A stretch of 64,000 bases of DNA, from assembly GCA_035343375.1 (NCBI GenBank), contig DAOQYW010000010.1:2236-66235 (forward strand), given 5' to 3'. Below are positions 18,378 through 28,366 of this stretch, piece by piece. The notes beneath the pieces were generated by a model, which was given only the letters and a program-made list of their open reading frames with translations, searched no databases and was not told the DNA's origin. The position numbers were made by a program, and so were the translations under genes. How positions within the stretch are numbered: position 1 is the first letter of the stretch; the number at the start of each line of letters is the position of its first letter. Source of the DNA: Bacteroidales bacterium (GTDB lineage: Bacteria; Bacteroidota; Bacteroidia; Bacteroidales; ML635J-15).

Positions 18378-20153
18378 ATGATGAAACCAAAATTTAGAAT
18401 ACCCTTAAAATTGAAACTGTTTCTTCCGGTTACAATAATTATAATAATTGTTGTGGTATTTCTTACAATTTGGTTTATCAATAAGTCAATATCAAGTTTT
18501 GAGAATCATATTCAAAATAATCTTGAACTAGAAGTAAACACAATCTCTAAAATGTTCGAAAGAGAGAGTGCCTTAAAACTCGAAAAAGTTCAAAATAATC
18601 TAAAAGTTGCACATAGCTATTTCTTTCAAACGCCTTTAATTATTACTTCAGATACTATTCATCAAATAGTTGAAAATCAAAAGAATAATGTAAAACATGA
18701 AGCGGTTTTGAATAAGTGGTATCATAATAATAAGCTTATAAATTGTAATAATGATTTTGTTGACAGTCTCGAAAGTGTTTTTGGAGGTACGATATCAGTT
18801 TTTCAGCGAATAGATAGCGGCTTTGTGAGAATTTCGACAAATGTACGCAAATTTGATGGTACCAGAGCGGTTTTGACATATATTCCAATGGAATCGCCTG
18901 TTGTAAATGCAATTATGAAAGGAGAGAAATATTACGGACGTGCTTTGGTATTAAACGAATGGTACACTACGGCTTACGAACCTTTTTATACTGGAAATGA
19001 AATTGTGGGAATGTTGTATGTCGGTGATAAAGAGAAAGATATGTCGGAGTTAACCCGAATAATAAATACTTTGAAAATAGGTAAAAGTGGTTATCCTTTT
19101 GTTTTTGATAAACATGGAAATTTTCTGATTCATCCCGAAAGTAACACTACTGTATTTGAAGATGAGGAAGTTCTGAAAAAGATAATAGAAAACAAAGAAG
19201 GAGTAATTGAATACAAACAAAAAGGTAAGACTAAAACAATGGCATATAAGTATTTTGAGAAATTTGAACTATATATCGGAGCCTCTGTTGTAAATGATGT
19301 AGAAAGTGTAGAATTTGTTCATAATGCCATTAAAGGTGCAGCAATAGTCGGTTTGATCTCTATATTGTTTTTACTAATTTTTATCTATAGATTTACTTCA
19401 GAAAAATTGTACCGGTATTTTAACGCTCTGCAGGTATCTAATAAAAAACTTGCCAATGCAGAACTGGCATTAAAGCATTCTGAGAAACTGGCAAATATGG
19501 GTCAAATCTCTGCTGGAATTGCTCATGAATTGAATAACCCGCTGGGTGTAATTACAATGTACAGTAATATAGTTCTTGATGAATTGGATGAAAATGATCC
19601 TAAAAGACAGGACTTACAACTAATAGCAGACCAATCAATAAGATGTAAGAATATAGTTAGCAATCTGCTCAATTTTGCCAGAAAAAACAAGATTAAGGTT
19701 GAAGAAGTAGATATTTATGAATTTATTCAGAAAACGCTAAATTCTGTTGTAATTCCTAAAAATGTTAAAACAGATATAAACTGTAAGATAAAAAACAAAA
19801 TTATGATGATTGATGCTGAACAAATGATGCAGGCATTTACAAATCTGGAAAAAAATGCTGTTGAGGCTATGCCGGAAGGAGGAACTTTGTCTGTTAGTAT
19901 TGAAGAGGAGAATAATTCTGTAATAATATACTTTGAAGATGAGGGAATAGGGATTGCTGAAGAGAATATTGAAAAGTTGTTTACTCCATTCTTCACAACT
20001 AAAGAAATTGGCAAAGGAACAGGTTTGGGATTGCCTCTTGTGTATGGCATTATAAAGATGCATAATGGAAAAATAGCAGTAAATTCAAATAATAATCCCG
20101 AAAATGGAAAAACGGGGACAACATTTATGGTCAAATTACCAAGAATAAATTAA
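18378..20153 (+). CDS. Sensor histidine kinase with extracytoplasmic double-Cache-type domain
   Basis: Two TM segments flank an approximately 290-aa sensor domain (VFGGTISVFQRIDSGFVRISTNV...WYTTAYEP...VGMLYVGDKE, Cache_3-Cache_2-like). The H box is AHELNNPL, and N/G boxes are NAVEAM, DEGIGI and GTGLGL. I moved the start to Met15 (18378) so that it follows the terminator. Confidence 0.8.
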   Translation: MMKPKFRIPLKLKLFLPVTIIIIIVVVFLTIWFINKSISSFENHIQNNLELEVNTISKMFERESALKLEKVQNNLKVAHSYFFQTPLIITSDTIHQIVENQKNNVKHEAVLNKWYHNNKLINCNNDFVDSLESVFGGTISVFQRIDSGFVRISTNVRKFDGTRAVLTYIPMESPVVNAIMKGEKYYGRALVLNEWYTTAYEPFYTGNEIVGMLYVGDKEKDMSELTRIINTLKIGKSGYPFVFDKHGNFLIHPESNTTVFEDEEVLKKIIENKEGVIEYKQKGKTKTMAYKYFEKFELYIGASVVNDVESVEFVHNAIKGAAIVGLISILFLLIFIYRFTSEKLYRYFNALQVSNKKLANAELALKHSEKLANMGQISAGIAHELNNPLGVITMYSNIVLDELDENDPKRQDLQLIADQSIRCKNIVSNLLNFARKNKIKVEEVDIYEFIQKTLNSVVIPKNVKTDINCKIKNKIMMIDAEQMMQAFTNLEKNAVEAMPEGGTLSVSIEEENNSVIIYFEDEGIGIAEENIEKLFTPFFTTKEIGKGTGLGLPLVYGIIKMHNGKIAVNSNNNPENGKTGTTFMVKLPRIN

Positions 20154-20171
20154 AATTTAATAATTAGAAAT

Positions 20172-20570
20172 ATGGAAACGAATAAGAAAAAAACAGTTTT
20201 TATTGTAGATGATGATTCGGATTATCTTTTTCAGATGACTAAAATGATTGAAAATATGGGATTTGATGTCATCAGTGCTTATGGCCAAAAAGAAGCCGAA
20301 AAAGTTATGGAAGTTATAAATCCTGATTTGGCAATATTTGATTTGATGATGGAGAATAAGGATAGCGGTTTTATCTTATGCCATAAGATAAAGAAAATAA
20401 AACCAGATATGCCAATAATAATAGCAACCGCTTTAACAGCAGATACAGGGATGATTTTTGGCTTAGAAAATGAAAAAGATAAGAATTGGATAAAAGCAGA
20501 TTTATATCTTGAAAAAGGATTAAGATCCGACCAATTGCATCGTGAAATAAATAAACTTTTAAAATTATGA
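20172..20570 (+). CDS. Stand-alone response-regulator receiver protein
   Basis: Receiver signatures FIVDDDSD and PDLAIFDLMM are present. The protein is 132 aa with no output domain. Confidence 0.75.
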   Translation: METNKKKTVFIVDDDSDYLFQMTKMIENMGFDVISAYGQKEAEKVMEVINPDLAIFDLMMENKDSGFILCHKIKKIKPDMPIIIATALTADTGMIFGLENEKDKNWIKADLYLEKGLRSDQLHREINKLLKL

Positions 20571-21688
20571 GCAAATTAAATCTTTTAATCGTTGACGATG
20601 AACCCGGCATAAGATCGGGTGCAGCGAGAGTACTTAGAGATTTCTCTGTCGGATATCCATTTATGGATGAGGATTTCACATTCGAAATTATCGAAGCAGA
20701 AACCGGTGAAAAGGCAATTGAAATTATCAATTCTACAAAAATTGATATAATTTTACTTGATAATAAACTACCCGGAATTGATGGTATTGAAGTTCTGGAA
20801 TATATTAATCAAAACGAGATAGACATATCTGTTATGATGATTACTTCATATGCTTCGTTAGAACTTGCTATTAAAGCAACAAATAAGGGAGCTTTCAATT
20901 TCGTTCCAAAGCCATTTACACCGGCAGAATTGAAAACAGCTGTTGATAATATTACTAAAAACCTGTTTTTAAAAAGAATGACAAAGCAAATGAAGGAAGA
21001 AGGTAAGCAAATCAGATTTCAGTTTTTGTCTGTTTTATCTCATGAATTAAAATCTCCAATTAATGCTATTGAAGGTTATCTGAGAATTATGCAAGATAAA
21101 CAGGTTGGCGATAATCTGGACGATTACATGGAAATGATAGGACGTTCGTTGGAAAGAATTAAGGGAATGAGATCTTTAATAATGGATTTGCTTGATCTTA
21201 CCAGAATTGAAGCTAAAACTAAAATCAGAGATTTACGAAAAAACGATATTTATGAAATAGCCAAAACTGTTGTGGATTCAATTGAGCCACTGGCAATACA
21301 GAGAAATATTAAAATTTATCTGGATGGTGAAGAAAATACAATATTCCTTTGCGATAAGTCTGAGATTGAAATGATTTTGAATAATCTTGTCTCAAATGCC
21401 GTAAAATATAATGTTGAAAACGGCAAGGTTTTTATAAATGTCGCGATTAAACAGAACGAATTAACTATCTCGGTTAAAGATACCGGTATTGGAATGACTG
21501 AAGATGAATGTAAACTGCTCTTTAATGATTTTGTCAGAATTAAAAACAATAAAACCAAATATGTTACCGGTAGTGGCTTGGGTTTGTCAATTGCAAAAAA
21601 GATGGCTGAGTTGTATGAGGGTACAATAAAAATTCAAAGTGAACCCGATAAGGGAAGTAAATTTATTGTTTCAATTCCTGTTGTTTAG
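20567..21688 (+). CDS. Hybrid protein: N-terminal receiver domain fused to HisKA/HATPase_c kinase core
   Basis: Receiver motifs are LLIVDDEPG and IDIILLDNKLPG. The H box is SHELKSPINAIEGY. Kinase core motifs are NAVKYN, DTGIGM and GSGLGLSIA. There are no TM segments. Confidence 0.8.
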   Translation: MSKLNLLIVDDEPGIRSGAARVLRDFSVGYPFMDEDFTFEIIEAETGEKAIEIINSTKIDIILLDNKLPGIDGIEVLEYINQNEIDISVMMITSYASLELAIKATNKGAFNFVPKPFTPAELKTAVDNITKNLFLKRMTKQMKEEGKQIRFQFLSVLSHELKSPINAIEGYLRIMQDKQVGDNLDDYMEMIGRSLERIKGMRSLIMDLLDLTRIEAKTKIRDLRKNDIYEIAKTVVDSIEPLAIQRNIKIYLDGEENTIFLCDKSEIEMILNNLVSNAVKYNVENGKVFINVAIKQNELTISVKDTGIGMTEDECKLLFNDFVRIKNNKTKYVTGSGLGLSIAKKMAELYEGTIKIQSEPDKGSKFIVSIPVV

Positions 21689-21703
21689 TAATAGTTTGAC
21701 TTG

Positions 21704-21748
21704 AAGACTCTGTTGGTGTATTCTCCTTTTCCGACAGAGTCTTTTTTA
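21704..21748 (+). terminator. Rho-independent terminator
   Basis: The stem AAGACTCTGT / ACAGAGTCTT is followed by TTTTTAT. Confidence 0.55.
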
Positions 21749-21816
21749 TGCGTATTCATATTTTTTTTAATCATAAAAATTGCCTAATTTTACTGCAAAA
21801 TTTAATTAAGAATTAA

Positions 21817-23904
21817 GTGAAATTAAGGCCTTTACCCATAAAACTTAAGTTGTTTTTGCCCATAAGTGCTATTATTAGCTGTGTAGTAATAATACTAACA
21901 GTTTGGATATATTCAGGTTCTATAAAGTCTTTTGAAAAGCAACTAGAAAACAGCTTGAAAGTTGAAGTAAGAACAATTTCAAAAATGTTTGACAGAGAAC
22001 AGACTCTGAAAATTGAAAATGTTAAAAAAAGTCTTAAACTAGCTCTGAAAATATTTAACGAGAGCAGTTTTTACATTGACAAATCAAATTTTAAAATAAA
22101 TGCTGAAAATCAGGAAACAGGAGAAATCATTGAGACAAAACTAAATGCATGGTATCTTAATGGTTACTTGATAAATAATGAAAATAGTTTTGTGGACAGT
22201 ATTCAAAACCTGATTGGTGGAACTGTTACTATTTTTCAGAAAACAAATGTAGGATATGTTAGGTTGTCAACTAATGTATTAAAAAAAGATGGTTCTAGAG
22301 CAATAGGTACATTTATTCCAAATAATTCGCCGGTTATACAAACTATTGAAAAGGGGGAAACCTATTTGGGTAGAGCTTTTGTAGTTGATGATTGGTATAT
22401 AACTGCCTATGAGCCTGTATTTTATGGGGATAGTATTGTAGGAATGGTTTATGTAGGACAGAAAGAAAAGGATTTGGACGAATTGAAAGCTATTTTGATT
22501 GATTTAAAAATTGGAAAGACCGGATATCCTTTTGTTTTTGATGATAATGGAAAAATGATTATTCATCCTAACCGCGAAGGAGAGGATTGGGGGAACAGTA
22601 CTGTTTTTCAACAAATTAAAAATAAAAATGAAGGTGTAGTAACATATAAGCTGGATGGTAAAGAGAAATTGATGGCCTTTGTTTTTTATGAAGAATTGAA
22701 TATATATATTGCAGCATCGGTTATTCTTCAGGAAGAGAGTGCCGTGCTTCGTAAAGACACTATTAAAAGTGCTGTTATTACAGCTATAATTACTATAAGT
22801 TTTTTACTGTTTTTTATTTACATATTTACAACAGAAAAAATTTATAGGTTTTTCACTGCTTTAGAAAAATCCAAACAAAATCTAAGTACTGTGAGACAAG
22901 CATTACGAGAGTCGGAAGAAAGATTCCAACAGCTTTTCGATAGTACCGTTGATGATATTTTTGTCACAAATATTAACGAAGATATTGTGGAAGTAAATCA
23001 AGCTGCTTGTAATACTTTGGGATATACCAAAGAGGAAATGCTTAAAATGAAAATGTCGGATATTAAATCTCAACAATATAAATCTACAGTCTCTAAAAAT
23101 CGTAAAATAATTTTCGAAAAGGGTTCTCATACTTTTGAGTCCGAACATTTAACTAAGGATGGTCGCATAATAACTGTTGAGTTTATTAGCCGACTAATAA
23201 TGTATAATAATGAAAAACAGATACTTAGCGTAGTGCGTAATATTTCCCGCCGTAGGATGGAGGAAAGGCAAGTATTGAGCGCTGTTATACAAGCTGAAGA
23301 GCGTGAACGCCAAAGATTTGCTAAAGATATGCACGACGGATTAGGTCCTTTACTTTCTACTATTAAACTGTATGTAAATGAGCTAAAGTCAATGTCCTCT
23401 GGTCAAAAGGAACGCGAGGAAATGGTAAATTATTCAAACGAATTGATTGATGAGGCTGTAGTTGCAACAAGAAATATTTCAAATAATCTGATGCCAAGCA
23501 TTATTCATGAATATGGACTTATCAAAGCTGTTGAAAGCTTTTGCGATAAAGTTAATAAAGCAAATAAAATTAACATTAAATTTGAAACTGAGAATCTTGA
23601 CGAAAGATTGGATCAGAATCTAGAGTTGATATTTTTTAGAGTTATTAGCGAATTGATTAATAATACTATCAAACATGCCAAAGCAAAAAATATTTATATT
23701 TTGCTGGTTAAAAATGACGATAAGCTTGATTTGTACTTTAAAGATGACGGCATTGGCTTTAATGTTGAAGAGATATTAACGTCAAAAAATGTGGGTATGG
23801 GTTTGAAAAATATCATAAGCAGGGTAAAGTCAATAAACGGAAAATACAGCTTTAATTCAATTCCAAATAACGGTTTTACTATAAAAATTGAAGTTTCGAT
23901 CTAA
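21817..23904 (+). CDS. Sensor histidine kinase (double-Cache-type sensor, PAS, HisKA_3/NarX-type core)
   Basis: The gene has a GTG start. Its N-terminal half is paralogous to the 18378..20153 kinase (LIGGTVTIFQKTNVGYVRLSTNV...WYITAYEP...VGMVYVGQKE). A PAS region follows. The HisKA_3 H box is FAKDMHDGLGPLL, and the HATPase motifs are NNTIKHA and DDGIGF. Confidence 0.8.
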   Translation: MKLRPLPIKLKLFLPISAIISCVVIILTVWIYSGSIKSFEKQLENSLKVEVRTISKMFDREQTLKIENVKKSLKLALKIFNESSFYIDKSNFKINAENQETGEIIETKLNAWYLNGYLINNENSFVDSIQNLIGGTVTIFQKTNVGYVRLSTNVLKKDGSRAIGTFIPNNSPVIQTIEKGETYLGRAFVVDDWYITAYEPVFYGDSIVGMVYVGQKEKDLDELKAILIDLKIGKTGYPFVFDDNGKMIIHPNREGEDWGNSTVFQQIKNKNEGVVTYKLDGKEKLMAFVFYEELNIYIAASVILQEESAVLRKDTIKSAVITAIITISFLLFFIYIFTTEKIYRFFTALEKSKQNLSTVRQALRESEERFQQLFDSTVDDIFVTNINEDIVEVNQAACNTLGYTKEEMLKMKMSDIKSQQYKSTVSKNRKIIFEKGSHTFESEHLTKDGRIITVEFISRLIMYNNEKQILSVVRNISRRRMEERQVLSAVIQAEERERQRFAKDMHDGLGPLLSTIKLYVNELKSMSSGQKEREEMVNYSNELIDEAVVATRNISNNLMPSIIHEYGLIKAVESFCDKVNKANKINIKFETENLDERLDQNLELIFFRVISELINNTIKHAKAKNIYILLVKNDDKLDLYFKDDGIGFNVEEILTSKNVGMGLKNIISRVKSINGKYSFNSIPNNGFTIKIEVSI

Positions 23905-23987
23905 TGTTATATTTGCTAAACGCTGTGAATACTAATTTTTGAAATATTTAATGTATATTTGTTTCAATATTTGAAAGTAATATTACA

Positions 23988-24635
23988 ATGAAAGATAAGA
24001 TTAAGATTATAATCGTTGATGATCACGAAATATTTAGAAACGGACTTAAAATGGTCTTGGGAAAGCTAAGTTATATTAGTTTGATTGGTGAAGCACAAAA
24101 TGGACAGGAATTTTTAGACATTCTTAATAAGGATAAACCAGATATAGTACTGTTAGATTTGGAAATGCCTGTTATGAATGGGATAGAAGCTGCAAAATTG
24201 GCTCTCGAAAAATTTCCCGATTTGAATATTATCACATTGACGATGTTTAATGACGATGAATATATTAAAAGTATGATGGACGTTGGTGTAAAAGGGTTCT
24301 TAATCAAAAATATTAACAAAGATACTCTTGATAAAGCAATACTAACAGTTGTTAACGGTGGAAACTATTATTCGGAAGAACTTTTTGAATTTTTTTCCAA
24401 ACAACTAACCAAAGAAAAAAAATCTGATAAAAATATAATTGACCTTACACGCAGAGAAAAAGAGATTTTACAGCTATTATGTGAAGGTCTTAGCAACAAA
24501 GAAATAGCCGAAGAACTATTTATAAGCGAACGCACAGTTCTGGGACATAAAACAAATCTGATGATTAAAACTAATTGCAAAAATTCATTAAGCCTGATGG
24601 CTTATGCAATTAAAAACAAGTTGGTGGTGATTTAG
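23988..24635 (+). CDS. NarL/FixJ (LuxR-type HTH) response regulator
   Basis: Receiver motifs are IIIVDDHEI and PDIVLLDLEMP. The C-terminal LuxR HTH reads LTRREKEILQLLCEGLSNKEIAEELFISERTV. Confidence 0.85.
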   Translation: MKDKIKIIIVDDHEIFRNGLKMVLGKLSYISLIGEAQNGQEFLDILNKDKPDIVLLDLEMPVMNGIEAAKLALEKFPDLNIITLTMFNDDEYIKSMMDVGVKGFLIKNINKDTLDKAILTVVNGGNYYSEELFEFFSKQLTKEKKSDKNIIDLTRREKEILQLLCEGLSNKEIAEELFISERTVLGHKTNLMIKTNCKNSLSLMAYAIKNKLVVI

Positions 24636-24640
24636 ATTTA

Positions 24641-25717
24641 CTATTTTTCCCTATTTTTAAATCTTTTCGAATCTCCCCATTCCGAAAAACTGATTTCACA
24701 TTCTGCATTTTGCACCAATCGAGTAATTGACTTGATTGAATCTTCACAATCTTCGTTTATTCCGGGTTTATTCTCGTAAAGCTTGTAATTTTCCCTGTAT
24801 AAAACAGGCGTAATGTTTGGCATTACTACATTTGCTGCTATTCTTATGGCATCTTCACGACCCTTTGTCGAAATTGCCTGTAATGCGGTAGTTGCTGCAA
24901 TATTTATGTTTTTCATTACAATCCTTAATACCGACAGCATTTTTAGACTTAATTCAAGTCTCTCATTTAAACTTAATAAGTTGTTTTTATACTGAAAAAG
25001 AGGAGTGTCTTCATGTTCGATGTAGGGTCCCATTCCACACATGTCAATATCCAGATTTTTCATAAACAAAATATCATCGGCAAGATGTTCATTAGTTTGG
25101 AAAGGTAAACCAATCATAACTCCTGTGCCAACCTGATATCCTATATTTTTGAGTGCATATAGACAATTAACTCTAGTTTGCCATGAATGGAGTTTATTAT
25201 TGGGATGTAGTTTTTCATAAAGCTCTTTGTCCGAAGATTCTATTCTAAGCAAATATCTGTGTGCCCCGGCGTCAAACCAACGTTTATAAACTTCTTCAGT
25301 TTGTTCGCCACAAGATAGTGTAATACCGAGTTTATTATCAGATAAACTTTTGATTTCTTTTAATAGTTTCTCTATTTTTTTTGTGTTGTTTTCACTTTGA
25401 AGTTCTCCCGTCTGGATAACAATTGAGCCATAGCCGTTGTGATATGCAAACTTTGAGGCTTCAATAACTTCTTCTTCACTTAAGATATATCTGTTTACGT
25501 TTTCGTTGTCTTTTCTTATGCCACAGTAGTAGCAATTCTTTGAGCAAATGTTTGAATATTCAATTATTCCTCTAAGATGTACCTTGTTTCCTATATATTT
25601 GTTTTTTATTTTAGTCGAATAATCAAAAAGTAACTGCAAATCATCTCCATCGGAGTTTAACAGATTTATGATGTCTGATTTATTAAGATTTTCTTTATTT
25701 AGAATTTCTTCAATCAT
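24641..25717 (-). CDS. hydE: [FeFe]-hydrogenase maturase HydE (radical SAM)
   Basis: The CSKNCYYCGIR CX3CX2C motif is present. The protein is about 358 aa with a biotin-synthase-like fold and lies adjacent to hydF and hydG. Confidence 0.8.
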   Translation of the reverse strand: MIEEILNKENLNKSDIINLLNSDGDDLQLLFDYSTKIKNKYIGNKVHLRGIIEYSNICSKNCYYCGIRKDNENVNRYILSEEEVIEASKFAYHNGYGSIVIQTGELQSENNTKKIEKLLKEIKSLSDNKLGITLSCGEQTEEVYKRWFDAGAHRYLLRIESSDKELYEKLHPNNKLHSWQTRVNCLYALKNIGYQVGTGVMIGLPFQTNEHLADDILFMKNLDIDMCGMGPYIEHEDTPLFQYKNNLLSLNERLELSLKMLSVLRIVMKNINIAATTALQAISTKGREDAIRIAANVVMPNITPVLYRENYKLYENKPGINEDCEDSIKSITRLVQNAECEISFSEWGDSKRFKNREK

Positions 25718-25720
25718 AAA

Positions 25721-26917
25721 TTACTTTTTGAAAACTTCAGTTACTCTGTCAAAAATGCCGTTTACCCAAGCTATGGTCATTCCATAATTCGAGACTGGAA
25801 TGCCGGCGTCAATAAATGGCTTTAATCTTGATAATATCTGTTTACGCGTTACCATGCAACCACCACATTGGATTACTAGTTTGTATGTTTTCACGTCACT
25901 ACTTATCTCTGATAGCCCTGAAATCGTTTCAAATTTGAGATCTTTACCCGTATGTTTTTTTAACCATGACGGAATTTTAATTCTTCCAATATCATCACAA
26001 GTTATGTGATGTGTGCAGGATTCAAGAATAAGAATTTTGTCCCCATCTTTAAGTGTGTCTATAAATTGTGTTCCCATTAAGCAATCTTCAAAACTTGATT
26101 TCAGTCTTGAGAAAATTATACTGAAACTTGTGAGTTTAATATCTTTCGGAACAATTTCGGAAACGTATCCAAAAACTTGACTGTCAGTTATTACTAATTT
26201 CGGTGTAATTCCTAATTTAAAAAATTCCTTAAGCTCTGTTTCTTTTACTGACATGCAAATGCAGTTATTATCAAGCAAATCACGCCAAGCCATAACCTGA
26301 GGCAAAATCATTCTACCTTCCGGTGCAGAAGAATCAATAGGCGTTACCATTAAAACTATATCATTCGGGTTTATCAAATCTTTAAATAATCCGGGTTTAT
26401 TATATGCGTTTTCCGGTATAGTATTTCTAATCAATTCTGTTAAGTCTTCAAACTTGCCGGGGTTTATAGTGCTGAAATCCAAGACTATATGTTTGGTTGA
26501 TTTGGCTATTTTTTTTGAAAGACTAGATTCCAATTTTACGATATCCGATTTATTATGGATAAGAATATATGGAATATCTAATTTGTTAAATTCTCTTATC
26601 AAAGAATTTTCAAAAGAACCGAAATTGTTTTCCGAAAAAACCAATATCGCCATATCAATAGTATTGATAACTTGTAGAGTTTTTCCGGTTCTTAGTTTTC
26701 CTAAGTCTCCAGTGTCATCAATTCCTGCCGTATCAATAATAATTGCCGGACCTACTGATATAATCTCAACAGATTTTTTTACAGGATCAGTTGTCGTCCC
26801 TGCAAAATCTGAAACAATAGCAGTGTCCTGACCGGTTAATAGATTAATAAGAGAACTTTTTCCGGTATTTCTCCTTCCAAATATTCCAATATGTGGTTTG
26901 ATATCTTTCGATTTCAT
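25721..26917 (-). CDS. hydF: [FeFe]-hydrogenase maturase GTPase HydF
   Basis: GTPase motifs are GRRNTGKSSLIN, DTAG and NKSD. C-terminal cluster-binding Cys/His residues are ESCTHHITC and QCGGCM. Confidence 0.85.
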   Translation of the reverse strand: MKSKDIKPHIGIFGRRNTGKSSLINLLTGQDTAIVSDFAGTTTDPVKKSVEIISVGPAIIIDTAGIDDTGDLGKLRTGKTLQVINTIDMAILVFSENNFGSFENSLIREFNKLDIPYILIHNKSDIVKLESSLSKKIAKSTKHIVLDFSTINPGKFEDLTELIRNTIPENAYNKPGLFKDLINPNDIVLMVTPIDSSAPEGRMILPQVMAWRDLLDNNCICMSVKETELKEFFKLGITPKLVITDSQVFGYVSEIVPKDIKLTSFSIIFSRLKSSFEDCLMGTQFIDTLKDGDKILILESCTHHITCDDIGRIKIPSWLKKHTGKDLKFETISGLSEISSDVKTYKLVIQCGGCMVTRKQILSRLKPFIDAGIPVSNYGMTIAWVNGIFDRVTEVFKK

Positions 26918-26938
26918 TTTTTTATTACAATTATAGTA

Positions 26939-28366
26939 TTAAAAATACAAATCACGCTCACCGGATTTTAATCTTTTAATATTATCACGAATTTTATCTT
27001 TCAACTTTTCATCCTGCAAATCGTTAATATTATTTTCTATTACTTTCCAACCCTTGCTTGATGTTATCTCAGGTGCGTAATCAATCAGATATTCCGCCAA
27101 AGTCATTATAGCGTTTGGAGTGCAATATCTTTTTATAAAACCGGGAACAGAAAACTCCATAAAATGTTCACCTGTTCTTCCTAATCTGTAGCATGCTGTG
27201 CAGAATGATGGCAGCATATTATGGTCAAGTAATTCGTCTATAATTTCGTTCAGACTTCTGTTATCATTTATTCTGAACTGTCCTTTGTTGAGGTCTTGTT
27301 CTTCGTTTACGGATTTTGTATAACTGCCCAATTCAAGTTTAGTGCCTCCATCAATTTGAGAAACACCATAATTGATACATTCATCACGAATTATTTTTGG
27401 TTCACGAGCAGTTAGTATCATTCCTGTATATGGAACAGCAAGTCTTAAAATTGCGATAAGTTTTGCAAAATCTTCATCGTTAACCATATATTTTGAGCCA
27501 AAATCCAGCATAGAAGCGTCTTTTATACGTGGGAATGAAATTGTATGAGGTCCTACATTGTAACAAGCCTCAAGATGATTAGTGTGGCGAACGAGACCTA
27601 AGACTTCAAATCTCCAGTCATATAGTCCGAATAATGCCCCAATACCAACATCATCAATTCCTGCTTCCATTGCCCGGTCAAGAGCTGTTAGACGATATTC
27701 GTAATTTGCTTTTTTACCCCTTAAATGATAAGATGTATATGCCTGTGGGTGGTAGGTTTCCTGAAAAATCTGAAAAGTCCCTATTCCGGCTTCTTTTACA
27801 GTTTTAAAACCTTCTATTTCGAGTGGAGCAGCATTTATATTTACTCTTCTGATTTCTCCATGGCCTTTTTTTACCGAATATGCAAGTTTTACTGTATGTG
27901 CGATGTACTCCGGATTGTATTGGTCATGTTCACCATATACCAGAACCAGTCTCTTTTGCCCGTTGTCTTCTAAGGCTTTTATTTCATTAATTATTTCTTC
28001 ATCTGATAAGGTTTTACGGACAGCATCAGTATTGCTTGCTCTGAAACCACAATATTTACAATTGTTGATACACTTATTGCCAATGTATAAAGGAGCAAAC
28101 AACACAATTCTGTTCCCGTAAATATTTCTTTTTATGGTGCGGGCTCCTTCTTTTATCATTTCAATCAATTCAGGATCACTTGTGTTCGTCAGCATTGCAG
28201 TTTCCTGCATACTTAATCTGGTTTTGTTCAAAGACTTGTCAATTATGTCTTTTACAATATGTTTGTCGGGTTTAGCATCGTTTAGAATACTGATAATTTC
28301 TTCGGCATCAATGAAAACTTTCATTGGTTCGTCCGCAATTGCGTACTTTTGTGTAATAAATTTCAT
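26939..28366 (-). CDS. hydG: [FeFe]-hydrogenase maturase HydG (radical SAM tyrosine lyase)
   Basis: The radical SAM motif CINNCKYCGF is present. The C-terminal CX2CX22C motif is CTACYRLG...KRYC. The protein is 475 aa. Confidence 0.88.
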   Translation of the reverse strand: MKFITQKYAIADEPMKVFIDAEEIISILNDAKPDKHIVKDIIDKSLNKTRLSMQETAMLTNTSDPELIEMIKEGARTIKRNIYGNRIVLFAPLYIGNKCINNCKYCGFRASNTDAVRKTLSDEEIINEIKALEDNGQKRLVLVYGEHDQYNPEYIAHTVKLAYSVKKGHGEIRRVNINAAPLEIEGFKTVKEAGIGTFQIFQETYHPQAYTSYHLRGKKANYEYRLTALDRAMEAGIDDVGIGALFGLYDWRFEVLGLVRHTNHLEACYNVGPHTISFPRIKDASMLDFGSKYMVNDEDFAKLIAILRLAVPYTGMILTAREPKIIRDECINYGVSQIDGGTKLELGSYTKSVNEEQDLNKGQFRINDNRSLNEIIDELLDHNMLPSFCTACYRLGRTGEHFMEFSVPGFIKRYCTPNAIMTLAEYLIDYAPEITSSKGWKVIENNINDLQDEKLKDKIRDNIKRLKSGERDLYF

